Source: Perkinsela sp. CCAP 1560/9 (lineage: Eukaryota > Protista > Euglenozoa: Kinetoplastea). Taken from it: a stretch of DNA of 64,000 bases. A program made the position numbers and the translations under genes. The stretch lies in contig CBFFSA010000001.1 in NCBI GenBank assembly GCA_965644495.1, forward strand, positions 4,030,001 through 4,094,000, in the 5' to 3' direction. The notes under the pieces were generated by a model. That model saw only the letters and a list, made by a program, of their open reading frames with translations, searched no databases and had not been told where the DNA came from. Positions 26,904 through 37,500 of this stretch are shown here, in pieces; the stretch's first letter is position 1; each line of letters opens with the position of its first letter.

Positions 26904-29708
26904 ATGTCTCACTCGGGACCTACAGTTGACTTTCTGATTCCCCCACGCCATGAGTTGCGTGTGCACTGCGACATCAATACTCTCCCATTAGGACCCCACT
27001 GTTTCTCATTCCACAAAAGCGAGACACATCAAAGCCATAATTCCTCTAAATCAATCGATCGTCCCGCAAATGAAAGTGTTAAAACTTTATCACATCTCCA
27101 AAAGAACACGCCTGCCTCCGGAAGCACGGAGCTACGAGAGTATGCAGCTGATTACATTGCCCCTGCCTTACATCTGACCATTCTAAAACCACGACGCAGT
27201 GCGCATTCATCCTCTATCGGAAACCCCCAAAAAACGACAGAAGATGATGACTACTCCTCCTGGGCGGAAAACGAAGACACTGTCTCTTCTCCACGCTGCG
27301 CAACCCAACAACAAACCAAAGCTGCTGGATTAAAAAAACGACCCCATGAAAAAGAAAGATCAGCCTCTGTTTCTTCTCTCCCCAAGACTTCGGTTTCTTC
27401 TTCTGTTTCTTCTTCTCCAGCCTCTCCCAGCTCTTCTTTATTCTCCACGGCCGAAATTTTCGGTGCCGAGCTGTTTCTCCAACACCGCTATCTTTTCTCC
27501 TGTGAGTGTTCCCACCTTGGGGTGTATTCCCCGACAGGGTGTGTGGCGCGTGTAGGGCTCACGACCCCCTACCCCACCCCGCGCTCCCTCTTTGGGGAAA
27601 AACAACAACGAGAGACCCACCCCTTAGATCCACGAAATTTTTGTGCCGTCCTCCCGCATTCCGACACGCCTGTGTTTGTGGATCTCCACAGTGTGTTGCA
27701 CAGTGCCCGAAGACGCGCCCAGCAAGGGGAGGAAAAAGCAAAAGGGCTGGCTTCGCTGGCCTCGTTTGCGGTGGTGGGAAAGGAAAGGGAAAAACAAAAG
27801 GAAAAGGTACCCAGGAGGGAAAGGATGATCCAGGAGGATGAAGGAAATGAAGAAACTACACGAAAAAGTGTAACGCAAACGGTTTCATCAAGTTTTGGAT
27901 CGATCTCCTCGAATGCGAATGTTTCTTCTATTTCTACAAATCTAACATCTTCATCCTCTGCTCCATTCTGTGGTCCACGCGTGATGATTTGTGGAAGTCC
28001 ATGCAGCGGGAAACGAACCCTCTCACAAGCTTTACTCAACTACGGTGTTCGCGCGGGATATCCTTTGACCTATGTCGACCTTGACCCCTCCCACCCGCTT
28101 TTAGGATTGCCCGAAAGCATGAGCGTAAGTCATCTTAACGCGACACTTCACCCCAGTCGTATTTTTACGCATTCTCCTGCATTTTCTGTTTTCTATGGAT
28201 TTGCACATCCACAGGGAAATTGGTCGTTTTATGTGCAGTGTGTTCGTCGACTGGCATCCGTTACGCGGCAATATTTTGTAAAACATGCAAAAGAAAAGGA
28301 GAGATGGGGAGGTCTTGTGGTGCGCATTCCGTCATTGGATCTTTCCACTCCGTTAGAGGATGAGGAAAAGCATTCCTCTATTTCTGGATTGAGATCGGCA
28401 ATTTCCGAAACAGAAGAGTCTCCTCCAGCAATTGACTTTTCTGCCCCCCTCACGGTGCGGTCATTTCTCTCGTTAGTCCTTCACAGTTTTGATATTGACA
28501 CGGTTTTTTGTGTGGGCAATGAACAACTGATACATGAGGTAAAGCGATGCTCACCTAAACCCGTACGTAACGTTCTGGACTCGGCAAACGCATCCAATGC
28601 CTCCGTGTCTTTACCTGAAACGGAAGAGGACTTTTCTCTCCAGAATATGCTCTATCAGGACCACTGCGTAAATCCCAACGGGATGACTGATATTTCGCTT
28701 TATGCCGTCGAGCCTCTTCGTGGACGTCATGTTCCTTGTGACGTTCGTGAAAAAACATCGGAGGGAGCGTATCCGCAAGAATCGGATCAAAACACATCTC
28801 TTTTTTCACCCTTTGTGTTGGAAGAGGGAAGGACAGCTTCATCTACTCCCCCCAGTCTTCCTCTTCTACCCTCGGGGAAACCATCACAAGTCCTTCCGCT
28901 TTCTATTCTTAAACCTCATCTCTCTCGCATTTATGACACGATGGGACTCGTCACTGTCCCGACAGTGAATGGAACACTTTACTATCCCAGTTCCATCATC
29001 TCGTTTCTTCGTAAATATTTTTACGGCACCTTACGATGGAGCAAAGAGAAAAAAATAGCAAAGGATACAATCAAAGTGGAAAAGGACTCAAAAATAGAGG
29101 AACAATCACAACCACAGTTTATTTCTCAGGGAAAGCATGCGTTATCTAGGACAGAAAAGTCTCATCTGGATTCTGATCGCCTTCTGTCGTGTATATTTTG
29201 TGCTCACTCTCATCTCCGTACCCTTTCGAGTTTTTCTCATCGATTGGTTCGAGTTGGAGCGTCTCATCGGTTAGATTCAATTGAGGGGATTCTTCCTCTT
29301 GGTGAGACCTCCTTGCTCGAGGCGATTGGAGTAGAAGAGATCTCGGCGTTTAGTGTAAATCTAATGGGACGAATCCTCTCGTTTGTGCAGGTAAAACGGG
29401 AGGAAGGATCTTCCAAGCGAAAGAAACGTGAAAATATGGATAAACCATCATCTTCCGAGTTACAAAGTTCAGCCACGAAATCAGAGATTCGAACTGACAC
29501 AGACCTCACCTTATGTGAAGACAGAGAAGACAAAATGGTCTCTCTCGAAGGTTTTTCTCAACGCCTGCGAAATTCCCGAGTGTTGGGGTATGGATACATC
29601 ACAGGTGTTGATCTCTCAAGCCAGAGTTTGGAGATTATCACAGCTTTCCCAAGTTGGCCTGGATATTCGGACGTGTATTATTTGGTCGGGGAAAGGAATT
29701 ATTTATAA
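26904..29708 (+). CDS. CLP1: Clp1 family polyribonucleotide 5'-kinase / mRNA cleavage factor, with long insertions
   Basis: PRHELRV, TAEIFGAEL...YLF...GVYSPTGC, GPRVMICGSPCSGKRTLSQALLNYGVRAG.PLTYVDLDP, FYG, LPLGE, VLGYGYITGVD all follow Clp1 motifs in order. Confidence 0.88.
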   Translation: MSHSGPTVDFLIPPRHELRVHCDINTLPLGPHCFSFHKSETHQSHNSSKSIDRPANESVKTLSHLQKNTPASGSTELREYAADYIAPALHLTILKPRRSAHSSSIGNPQKTTEDDDYSSWAENEDTVSSPRCATQQQTKAAGLKKRPHEKERSASVSSLPKTSVSSSVSSSPASPSSSLFSTAEIFGAELFLQHRYLFSCECSHLGVYSPTGCVARVGLTTPYPTPRSLFGEKQQRETHPLDPRNFCAVLPHSDTPVFVDLHSVLHSARRRAQQGEEKAKGLASLASFAVVGKEREKQKEKVPRRERMIQEDEGNEETTRKSVTQTVSSSFGSISSNANVSSISTNLTSSSSAPFCGPRVMICGSPCSGKRTLSQALLNYGVRAGYPLTYVDLDPSHPLLGLPESMSVSHLNATLHPSRIFTHSPAFSVFYGFAHPQGNWSFYVQCVRRLASVTRQYFVKHAKEKERWGGLVVRIPSLDLSTPLEDEEKHSSISGLRSAISETEESPPAIDFSAPLTVRSFLSLVLHSFDIDTVFCVGNEQLIHEVKRCSPKPVRNVLDSANASNASVSLPETEEDFSLQNMLYQDHCVNPNGMTDISLYAVEPLRGRHVPCDVREKTSEGAYPQESDQNTSLFSPFVLEEGRTASSTPPSLPLLPSGKPSQVLPLSILKPHLSRIYDTMGLVTVPTVNGTLYYPSSIISFLRKYFYGTLRWSKEKKIAKDTIKVEKDSKIEEQSQPQFISQGKHALSRTEKSHLDSDRLLSCIFCAHSHLRTLSSFSHRLVRVGASHRLDSIEGILPLGETSLLEAIGVEEISAFSVNLMGRILSFVQVKREEGSSKRKKRENMDKPSSSELQSSATKSEIRTDTDLTLCEDREDKMVSLEGFSQRLRNSRVLGYGYITGVDLSSQSLEIITAFPSWPGYSDVYYLVGERNYL

Positions 29709-30017
29709 ACTTGCCGCCATTTCTTGTGAAAATACTTCCGTTGGAGCTTTCCACCAAAGTCATTTGGTGAATTTATCTGTCATGCGTAGAAACATTCGAC
29801 AAGCCGTCTGGCTTGAGGTCCACAATCAGGCGATTTGAATGTCTTATTCTCCATATTTGCTTATCATTTTTTCTGCCCAATTCAACATCACTTTCTTTTC
29901 ATAATTCCAGAACGAACCGCGTAAACTTCAAACGTATCCAAAGTACAGACTCACGCAACTATTTTCAACATCAAATCAAGCCTATTTTCTCCTCCTCTAC
30001 CTCTCCCCTCCTTCCCC

Positions 30018-31898
30018 ATGTCGGTTCCCTCCCACTCCACCTACCGGTACCTTATGCCGGGCCGATCTCGATTCGAGAACTGGCGAGGGGTTTTCTACCC
30101 TTGTCGTATGTCGCCTCGAGCTCGACTGGAACATCACATCCGTACCACGCGGAGCACGAACGAAAAAATCAAAGCCTTCGAGGCGCAACGATCCGCGATC
30201 GAGTCCCGAGAAAAACAACACTGGTGGGAAAACGACATGGTCGATGAGACACCCCCTCCATCCGTATCCCATGAGGAGAAAACCAAAAAAGCCTGGCAGC
30301 ATTACATTTCCCTATGCGAGTGCAATGATTACGGGTTCCCGGGGTACGCCATGAACCATTTCGATGCGATTCTATCGCTCCATGGTGATTTCATGCCCCT
30401 ACGCAACGGGGGGGATGCCCCTCCGTCTTCTCTACTCCCTCTAACCGCGTTCCCCAGCCTCGTGGAAAGTTTTCGCGCACGAAAACTCGAGACCTACCTT
30501 TGTGAGACCCAGTGCCACTACGACACCACGGAGGCGATTAAAAAAATGGGGGAGTATCAAGGCACCGAACGTGTCGACCACGCCAGCTATGTCGTGGAGT
30601 GTTGTATGGATTTACTTCGTAGGGAGAGAGGAAGCGGTACTCTCCCCACTCGCTCTACTACCTCGAAACTACAAGCTTCACAAGCTTCAAAAACGGAGCT
30701 TTCCACCTCTTTTTCTTCTTCTTCTTCCCTGCAAAACAGTAACAACAAAACCCTGCTGCTCCATCTCTTCAACGCGCTCATGTCGGTGATGCTCTCCGGG
30801 GGCTTTGCCAACTGCCAGCGTGTGTTTGCCCAAACCTACGACGCGCTGGGGGTCCAAAAGGTCTGCCCGAATCTCACTACTTATCTTCACACCATCCGGG
30901 CCCTCAGCCTGTGTGGGGAACTCACCCAGGCCCAGTCTCTGTTCCACTGGCTGCGCTCGAAATGCCCCGAAAATTTATCGTTTACTCTTTTTACTTTAAT
31001 GTTTGAATGTTACCGGGAGAATAGAAATCCCGAGGCCGCGGATGCGCTGTGGGCGGATTGCGTGGCCTCGAACGCGTCCTCGAGGCTTTCGTTAGAGGCC
31101 GCGGAGCTGTATCTACGGGATATTGTCGATCGGGCCTATACCCCGTTGGCCGGGGATATGGCTTATTACGGTCAACCGAATCATGCGGAGATGAAGAAAA
31201 TTCCGCTTTTGGTGGATACGCTTCGGGAAAATGGTCTTCCTCCGGAATTCCTCTCTCCGGTGGTTAAATTTCATATCAACGACGCGTTGATTTGTTACCG
31301 TATCCCGGAGGGGAGGAAGTACGCCTGGGCGCGATCAAAGTCTCAGTTTTCGTTTTTAAACATGAGGCGCGCGGAGCAGTATGTGGATGACCTTCTGGAG
31401 CTCACCAGTGGGGGCGGGATGCGCGGGTTGCCGCAGGAAAAGGACCAAAAAGGGAGTAGCGGGATTGGACCGTATTATGGCCGTCATGGGGGAAAGAAGA
31501 CCTGGGAGAGTACCCCGGCGGATTCGTTGTTTTACCAGTTTAAGGTGGAGGAACAAAAGAAGGACACCCGGATGGAGAGTAAGAATACGATTTCCCGGAC
31601 GGATTTGTATGAGAGGGGTGCGCATTGGATGGCGGAGAGCCCGCAGACACGGTACGATCATTTGTATGCGCAACATAAGGTTGATTTTCGTCGTCTAGGG
31701 GTGAGAAGGCATTTGGACCCGAATGCGGCAGGCTCTGAGGAGGATATGGCCCGGGATGCGGCTGTGGTGGCCTCGGTGACGAAAATGGGGCAGCGCTTAC
31801 GCCGGCAAAACCCTCGGATGCGGTCTGAGGGGGGAGGGGGGAGAGGAGATAGGGGAGAAGGGATGAGTGTGTCCTATTTGGAATTCGAAAAGGATTGA
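30018..31898 (+). CDS. PPR-containing protein, probably mitochondrial (resembles kinetoplastid mitoribosome-associated PPR proteins)
   Basis: PPR-like units FNALMSVML, PNLTTYLHTIRALSLCGELTQAQSLF, FTLMFECYRENRNPEAADALW; the specific orthology is recalled, not verified. Confidence 0.7.
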   Translation: MSVPSHSTYRYLMPGRSRFENWRGVFYPCRMSPRARLEHHIRTTRSTNEKIKAFEAQRSAIESREKQHWWENDMVDETPPPSVSHEEKTKKAWQHYISLCECNDYGFPGYAMNHFDAILSLHGDFMPLRNGGDAPPSSLLPLTAFPSLVESFRARKLETYLCETQCHYDTTEAIKKMGEYQGTERVDHASYVVECCMDLLRRERGSGTLPTRSTTSKLQASQASKTELSTSFSSSSSLQNSNNKTLLLHLFNALMSVMLSGGFANCQRVFAQTYDALGVQKVCPNLTTYLHTIRALSLCGELTQAQSLFHWLRSKCPENLSFTLFTLMFECYRENRNPEAADALWADCVASNASSRLSLEAAELYLRDIVDRAYTPLAGDMAYYGQPNHAEMKKIPLLVDTLRENGLPPEFLSPVVKFHINDALICYRIPEGRKYAWARSKSQFSFLNMRRAEQYVDDLLELTSGGGMRGLPQEKDQKGSSGIGPYYGRHGGKKTWESTPADSLFYQFKVEEQKKDTRMESKNTISRTDLYERGAHWMAESPQTRYDHLYAQHKVDFRRLGVRRHLDPNAAGSEEDMARDAAVVASVTKMGQRLRRQNPRMRSEGGGGRGDRGEGMSVSYLEFEKD

Positions 31899-32149
31899 AA
31901 GAGCGGTGGGGAGGTTAACGACAAGGACTTCGGTTTCGGTGTGTAAAGGTGGCTCATTCTTTTGTTTTTAATATTTGTCTTTATAATCACTTTCTTTGCG
32001 TATTCTGGTTCACTCTTTACACGTTTTGTTTGGCTTCTATCGGTATCATTATCTCCCGTAAATACCATAAGAAAGACATTTTGTTTATCTGTTACATTTT
32101 CTTCCTCTTCCTCTACCCTTGAATAGCGGGTAGGGTTTCACACATTCAT

Positions 32150-32620
32150 ATGTCGGAAGATCCGAAAAAAACGTCCCACATTGCCAAGCGCAGCCAGCGT
32201 GAGCTCACACGAATTCATACCCCTTACTCTGTTGACTTGGCCATTAACACAGACATTCCTTACGTTATTGTGATTCGCTTTGGTCGTGAAAACACGTCGG
32301 ACTGCGCAGAAATGGACGAAACACTGCGCCGAATTGTTCATCTAGTACGTAATTTTGCAGAAATTTACGCCGTTGATATGGATGTCATTTCGGATTTCAC
32401 TGAGATGTATGAGCTTGAGGATGACGTGAACGTCATGTTTTTTTATCAGAACCGTCACATCCAAGTTGATTGCGGCAGTGGGGTACACTCTCGAATTCAT
32501 TTCCCTATCCATGAGCCACAAGAAATGGTAGATTTGATTGAGATCGTGTTCCGCGGAGCGCAAAAAGGTCTTGCAAAGGTGGAAAGTGTTCAGCAGTATG
32601 CTACACGACATCGCTTTTAG
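32150..32620 (+). CDS. DIM1: Dim1 / U5 snRNP 15K thioredoxin-like protein
   Basis: VDLAI...VIRFG....C..MDETL...VRNFAEIYAVD...DFTEMYEL...VMFFYQNRHIQVDCGSG...QEMVDLIEIVFRGAQKG matches the Dim1/TXNL4A family. Confidence 0.93.
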   Translation: MSEDPKKTSHIAKRSQRELTRIHTPYSVDLAINTDIPYVIVIRFGRENTSDCAEMDETLRRIVHLVRNFAEIYAVDMDVISDFTEMYELEDDVNVMFFYQNRHIQVDCGSGVHSRIHFPIHEPQEMVDLIEIVFRGAQKGLAKVESVQQYATRHRF

Positions 32621-32768
32621 GACTTTCTTCTTTATTTCTTTACCGCGCGACATTTCTCCGCACTTCAACACTGTTCTCCATCTTTCCACGCAACGATTTT
32701 TAGAAATCTTTAAAAAACTCATTTTGCTGCACAGTGCACAAATACCTTCCATACAAAATCTAAACGTG

Positions 32769-32804
32769 CTAATCTTTCTTTCATATCGTATCTTCTTTTC
32801 TTAG
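32769..32804 (+). promoter_or_regulatory. Putative trans-splice acceptor (CTAAT, polypyrimidine tract, AG)
   Basis: CTAATCTTTCTTTCATATCGTATCTTCTTTTCTTAG ends 6 nt before the ATG at 32811, with no evident upstream exon. Confidence 0.55.
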
Positions 32805-32810
32805 TCTTCC

Positions 32811-33995
32811 ATGAGCGGGGTGGGACGCCATCACCATGCCCGACACGTAGTGCAGCAAATGAACGAAAAGCAGGTCCCCTTACTTCATTCCTCCACAGAG
32901 TGCCTTGCTCGGTGTCTCGAGTGCCGCGGAAACAATCTCTGGAAAGTGGAGTACTGGCGCCCAAACGCAACAAAGGAAACCAAAAAAACACATTTCTCAC
33001 CAGATGACGAGGAATATGAAAAAAATAATGATGCATTATTTCCCATCGCGCTCGCAAAGCTTTCTCGACGACTGCACAAAGTGATTTGGTTACAACGGGG
33101 GGACTTAGTTGTGTTGGAAAGTGTATCGGATGATATTTCACAATCCGGGGTCTCTGCTGAGTGTTGTTCTGAGGCTCTGAAAGAAACACCCATCTCTGTG
33201 AGATCTCGCAATACGAATGTTACATTAGATGCCTCGAATTTTCACTTAAATGGGTCTTCCTTCCATCCTCCATTCAGTACACAAAGCTGTCATGTTGAAA
33301 CCGAGTGCAACTCTGAACAAGTAGATGTAGTACGGGAATCTTACTCCAATTCGGATGCAGATCGTTCTAATAAGGACAGCAGCAGCGGAAAAAAGCGACG
33401 CGCCCGTAACTTTGGTGACTCTGGATTCACATCGAGTTTCGCTGAAACATCTCAGGCTCGCTCTTGTTCAGTTCTAGCAGAGCATAAACATGATGCGTCG
33501 CAGGTTGAGTGTGCATTCTCGAACGGATCTAAGTTCTCCTTTTTTATTACACGCAAGCTTTCGCTTGTTCAGCGTAAAACATTGCGCAAAGAAGCTATAT
33601 CCTACCGTACTGACGTGTCTTCTGAAATAAGAGGTTCGGAAGGACAAACAACTTTAAAATACACCTCTTCTCCGTTCTTGTTGCAGATACAAAAACAAAC
33701 GCACGCTGTCCCACCTCCATGTGCAGATACACTACCCCATAGTAAATTTATAAGCGCTAGTGCAAATATTAACACTTCGCATGACACCGATCTTGGCGTC
33801 ACATCATTGCTACATTTTCTCAGCCTTGGTTGCTTTGATAATTGTGATAGTCGGACCTTATCACAGGACCCTAAGTATCCAACCACGACGCACAATATGT
33901 CTTTGCAAATGGGAAACAGGTCCATGGGATGGGATCTGGACACATCATCCTCACCTTCTGAAAATGAAGAAGAGGACAAAGTGTTTCTTGATTAA
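32811..33995 (+). CDS. eIF1A-domain (S1/OB-fold) RNA-binding protein, eIF1AD-like, with long extension
   Basis: ARCLECRGNNLWKV ... LAKLSRRLHKVIWLQRGDLVVLE is the eIF1A/eIF1AD signature; acidic C-terminus. Confidence 0.75.
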   Translation: MSGVGRHHHARHVVQQMNEKQVPLLHSSTECLARCLECRGNNLWKVEYWRPNATKETKKTHFSPDDEEYEKNNDALFPIALAKLSRRLHKVIWLQRGDLVVLESVSDDISQSGVSAECCSEALKETPISVRSRNTNVTLDASNFHLNGSSFHPPFSTQSCHVETECNSEQVDVVRESYSNSDADRSNKDSSSGKKRRARNFGDSGFTSSFAETSQARSCSVLAEHKHDASQVECAFSNGSKFSFFITRKLSLVQRKTLRKEAISYRTDVSSEIRGSEGQTTLKYTSSPFLLQIQKQTHAVPPPCADTLPHSKFISASANINTSHDTDLGVTSLLHFLSLGCFDNCDSRTLSQDPKYPTTTHNMSLQMGNRSMGWDLDTSSSPSENEEEDKVFLD

Positions 33996-34261
33996 TTTAA
34001 CTGCAACAATGCAATATAAACCCCCCACAGCGAATAAGTCACCCCCCACTTTTTTTTGTACAACGAGGCTTAGGGGGGTTTCGGCACCACTTTTTGGTTC
34101 AAAATTCTAAGATCTCCAAGTTCCTGCTATTTTGAGGTCTCTAAAAATACATCCAATCCAAAAAATATGATCGCTAAAATTCATAAACCCCCCCGCGCAC
34201 ATTAGTTACATAGGATTTTGGTAACTAATAGGTCATATGTAACTAATAAGTGATTTTTCAA

Positions 34262-34563
34262 TTTTAGGCTCTTCGTTAAACACGGTCGTAGTTTTCAACG
34301 CGAAGCGCGCAGCATGAATGACTTCGCCAAAAGATCATAAATATTCTAAATTTATTCTTTTGGGTGACAAAGCGCGATTTTTCGGCACAAATTGCGAACT
34401 TTTTATCCGACTTTGGGCCGTTTTTGATGCCTTACTAGTAGTGGTAGGAAGCCAATCTTTCGTAAAAAACGTCGTAGAATGGTAGCTGAGGTCCCAAACT
34501 CTCGAAATACGTTTTAGGAGTCCATTTCGGAAAAACAATATTTTTACTTTTTTTGGCGCAAAC
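34262..34563. mobile_element. Dispersed non-autonomous repeat, copy 2, directly abutting the satellite
   Basis: Begins TTTTAGGCTCTTCGTTAAAC and aligns with 465-815 up to AATATTTTTACTTTTTTTGG, then the array starts. Confidence 0.78.
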
Positions 34564-37500
34564 TTTTTTGTAAAGATCGAGTTTTATGTAAAGATCGAGT
34601 TTTTTGTAAAGATCGAGTTTTTAGCAAAGATCGAGTGTCTTGTAAAGATCGAGTGTTTCATAAATATCTTGATTTTAGTAAAGATCGAGTGTTTTGTAAA
34701 GATCGAGTTTTTTGTAAAGATCGAGTGTTTTGTAAAGATCGAGTGTTTCGTAAATATCGAGTTTTTAGTAAAGATCGAGTGTTTTGTAAAGATCGAGTTT
34801 TTTGTAAATATCGAGTTTTTTGTAAAGATCGAGTGTTTTGTAAAGATCGAGTTGTTTGTAAAGAGCGAGTTTTTTGTAAAGATCCAGTTTTATGTAAAGA
34901 TCGAGTGCTTTGTAAATATCGAGTGTTTCGTAAATATCGAGTTTTTTGTAAAGATCGAGTGTTTTGTAAAGATCGAATTTTTTGTAAAGATCGAGTTTTT
35001 TGTAAAGATCGAGTTTTTAGCAAAGATCGAGTTTTTTGTAAAGATCGAGTTTTTTGTAAAGATCGAATCATTTGTAAATATCGAGTGTTTCGTAAATATC
35101 GAGTTTTTTGTAAAGATCGAGTGTTTTGTAAAGATCGAGTGTTTTGTAAAGATCGAGTTGTTTGTAAAGATCGAGTGTTTTGTAAAGATCCAGTTTTATG
35201 TAAAGATCGAATCTTTTGTAAATATCGAGTGTTTCGTAAATATCGAGTTTTTTGTAAAGATCGAGTGTTTTGTAAAGATCGAATTTTTTGTAAAGATCGA
35301 GTGTTTTGTAAAGATCGAGTGTTTTGTAAAGATCGAATCATTTGTAAATATCGAGTGTTTCGTAAATATCGAGTTTTTAGTAAAGATGGACCTTTTTGTA
35401 GAGATCGAGTTTTTTGTAAAGATCGAGTGTTTTGTAAAGATCGAGTTGTTTGTAAAGATCGAGTTTTTTGTAAAGATCCAGTTTTATGTAAAGATCGAAT
35501 CTTTTGTAAATATCGAGTGTTTCGTAAATATCGAGTTTTTTGTAAAGATCGAGTGTTTTGTAAAGATCGAGTGTTTTGTAAAGATCGAGTTGTTTGTAAA
35601 GAGCGAGTTTTTTGTAAAGATCCAGTTTTATGTAAAGATCGAGTGCTTTGTAAATATCGAGTGTTTCGTAAATATCGAGTTTTTTGTAAAGATCGAGTGT
35701 TTTGTAAAGATCGAATTTTTTGTAAAGATCGAGTTTTTTGTAAAGATCGAGTTTTTAGCAAAGATCGAGTTTTTTGTAAAGATCGAGTTTTTTGTAAAGA
35801 TCGAATCATTTGTAAATATCGAGTGTTTCGTAAATATCGAGTTTTTTGTAAAGATCGAGTGTTTTGTAAAGATCGAGTGTTTTGTAAATATCGAGTTTTT
35901 TGTAAAGATCGAGTGTTTTGTAAAGATCGAGTGTTTTGTAAAGATCGAATTTTTTGTAAAGATCGAGTGTTTTGTAAAGATCGAGTGTTTTGTAAAGATC
36001 GAATCATTTGTAAATATCGAGTGTTTCGTAAATATCGAGTTTTTAGTAAAGATGGACCCTTTTGTAGAGATCGAGTTTTTTGTAAAGATCGAGTGTTTTG
36101 TAAAGATCGAGTTGTTTGTAAAGATCGAGTTTTTTGTAAAGATCCAGTTTTATGTAAAGATCGAATCTTTTGTAAATATCGAGTGTTTCGTAAATATCGA
36201 GTTTTTTGTAAAGATCGAGTGTTTTGTAAAGGTCGAATTTTTTTTTAAAGATCGAGTGTTTTGTAAAGATCGAGTGTTTTGTAAAGATCGAGTTTTTTGT
36301 AAAGATCGAGTTTTTTGTAAAGATCGAATCATTTGTAAATATCGAGTTTTTCGTAAATATCGAGTTTTTTGTAAAGATCGAGTGTTTTGTAAAGATCGAG
36401 TTTTTTGTAAAGATCGAGTTATTTTTTGAAGATCGAGTTTTTAGTAAAGATCGAGTGTTTTGTAAAGATCGAGTTGTTTGTAAAGATCGAGTTTTTTGTA
36501 AAGATCCAGTTTTATGTAAAGATCGAGTGCTTTGTAAATATCGAGTGTTTTGTAAAGATCGAATTTTTTGTAAAGATCGAGTTTTTTGTAAAGATCGAGT
36601 TTTTAGCAAAGATCGAGTTTTTTGTAAAGATCGAGTTTTTTGTAAAGATCGAATCATTTGTAAATATCGAGTGTTTCGTAAATATCGAGTTTTTTGTAAA
36701 GATCGAGTGTTTTGTAAAGATCGAGTGTTTTGTAAAGATCGAGTTGTTTGTAAAGATCGAGTGTTTTGTAAAGATCCAGTTTTATGTAAAGATCGAATCT
36801 TTTGTAAATATCGAGTGTTTCGTAAATATCGAGTTTTTTGTAAAGATCGAGTGTTTTGTAAAGCTCGAATTTTTTGTAAAGATCGAGTGTTTTGTAAAGA
36901 TCGAATTTTTTGTAAAGATCGAGTGTTTTGTAAAGATCGAGTGTTTTGTAAAGATCGAATCATTTGTAAATATCGAGTGTTTCGTAAATATCGAGTTTTT
37001 TGTAAAGATCGAGTGTTTTGTAAAGATCGAGTTGTTTGTAAAGATCGAGTTTTTTGTAAAGATCCAGTTTTATGTAAAGATCGAATCTTTTGTAAATATC
37101 GAGTGTTTCGTAAATATCGAGTTTTTTGTAAAGATCGAGTGTTTTGTAAAGGTCGAATTTTTTTTTAAAGATCGAGTGTTCTGTAATGATCGAGTGTTTT
37201 GTAAAGATCGAGTGTTTTGTAAATATCGAGTGTTTTGTAAAGATCGAGTTTTTTGTAAAGATCGAGTTTTTTGTAAAGATCGAATCATTTGTAAATATCG
37301 AGTGTTTCGTAAATATCGAGTTTTTTGTAAAGATCGAGTGTTTTGTAAAGATCGAGTTTTTTGTAAAGATCGAGTTATTTTTTGAAGATCGAGTGTTTTG
37401 TAAAGATCGAGTGTTTTGTAAAGATCGAGTTGTTTGTAAAGATCGAGTTTTTTGTAAAGATCCAGTTTTATGTAAAGATCGAGTGCTTTGTAAATATCGA

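Noticed and set aside
1-34560. tRNA, rRNA or spliced-leader RNA genes
   Set aside because: None recognised by eye; a covariance-model search (tRNAscan-SE, Infernal/Rfam) would be needed to exclude them.
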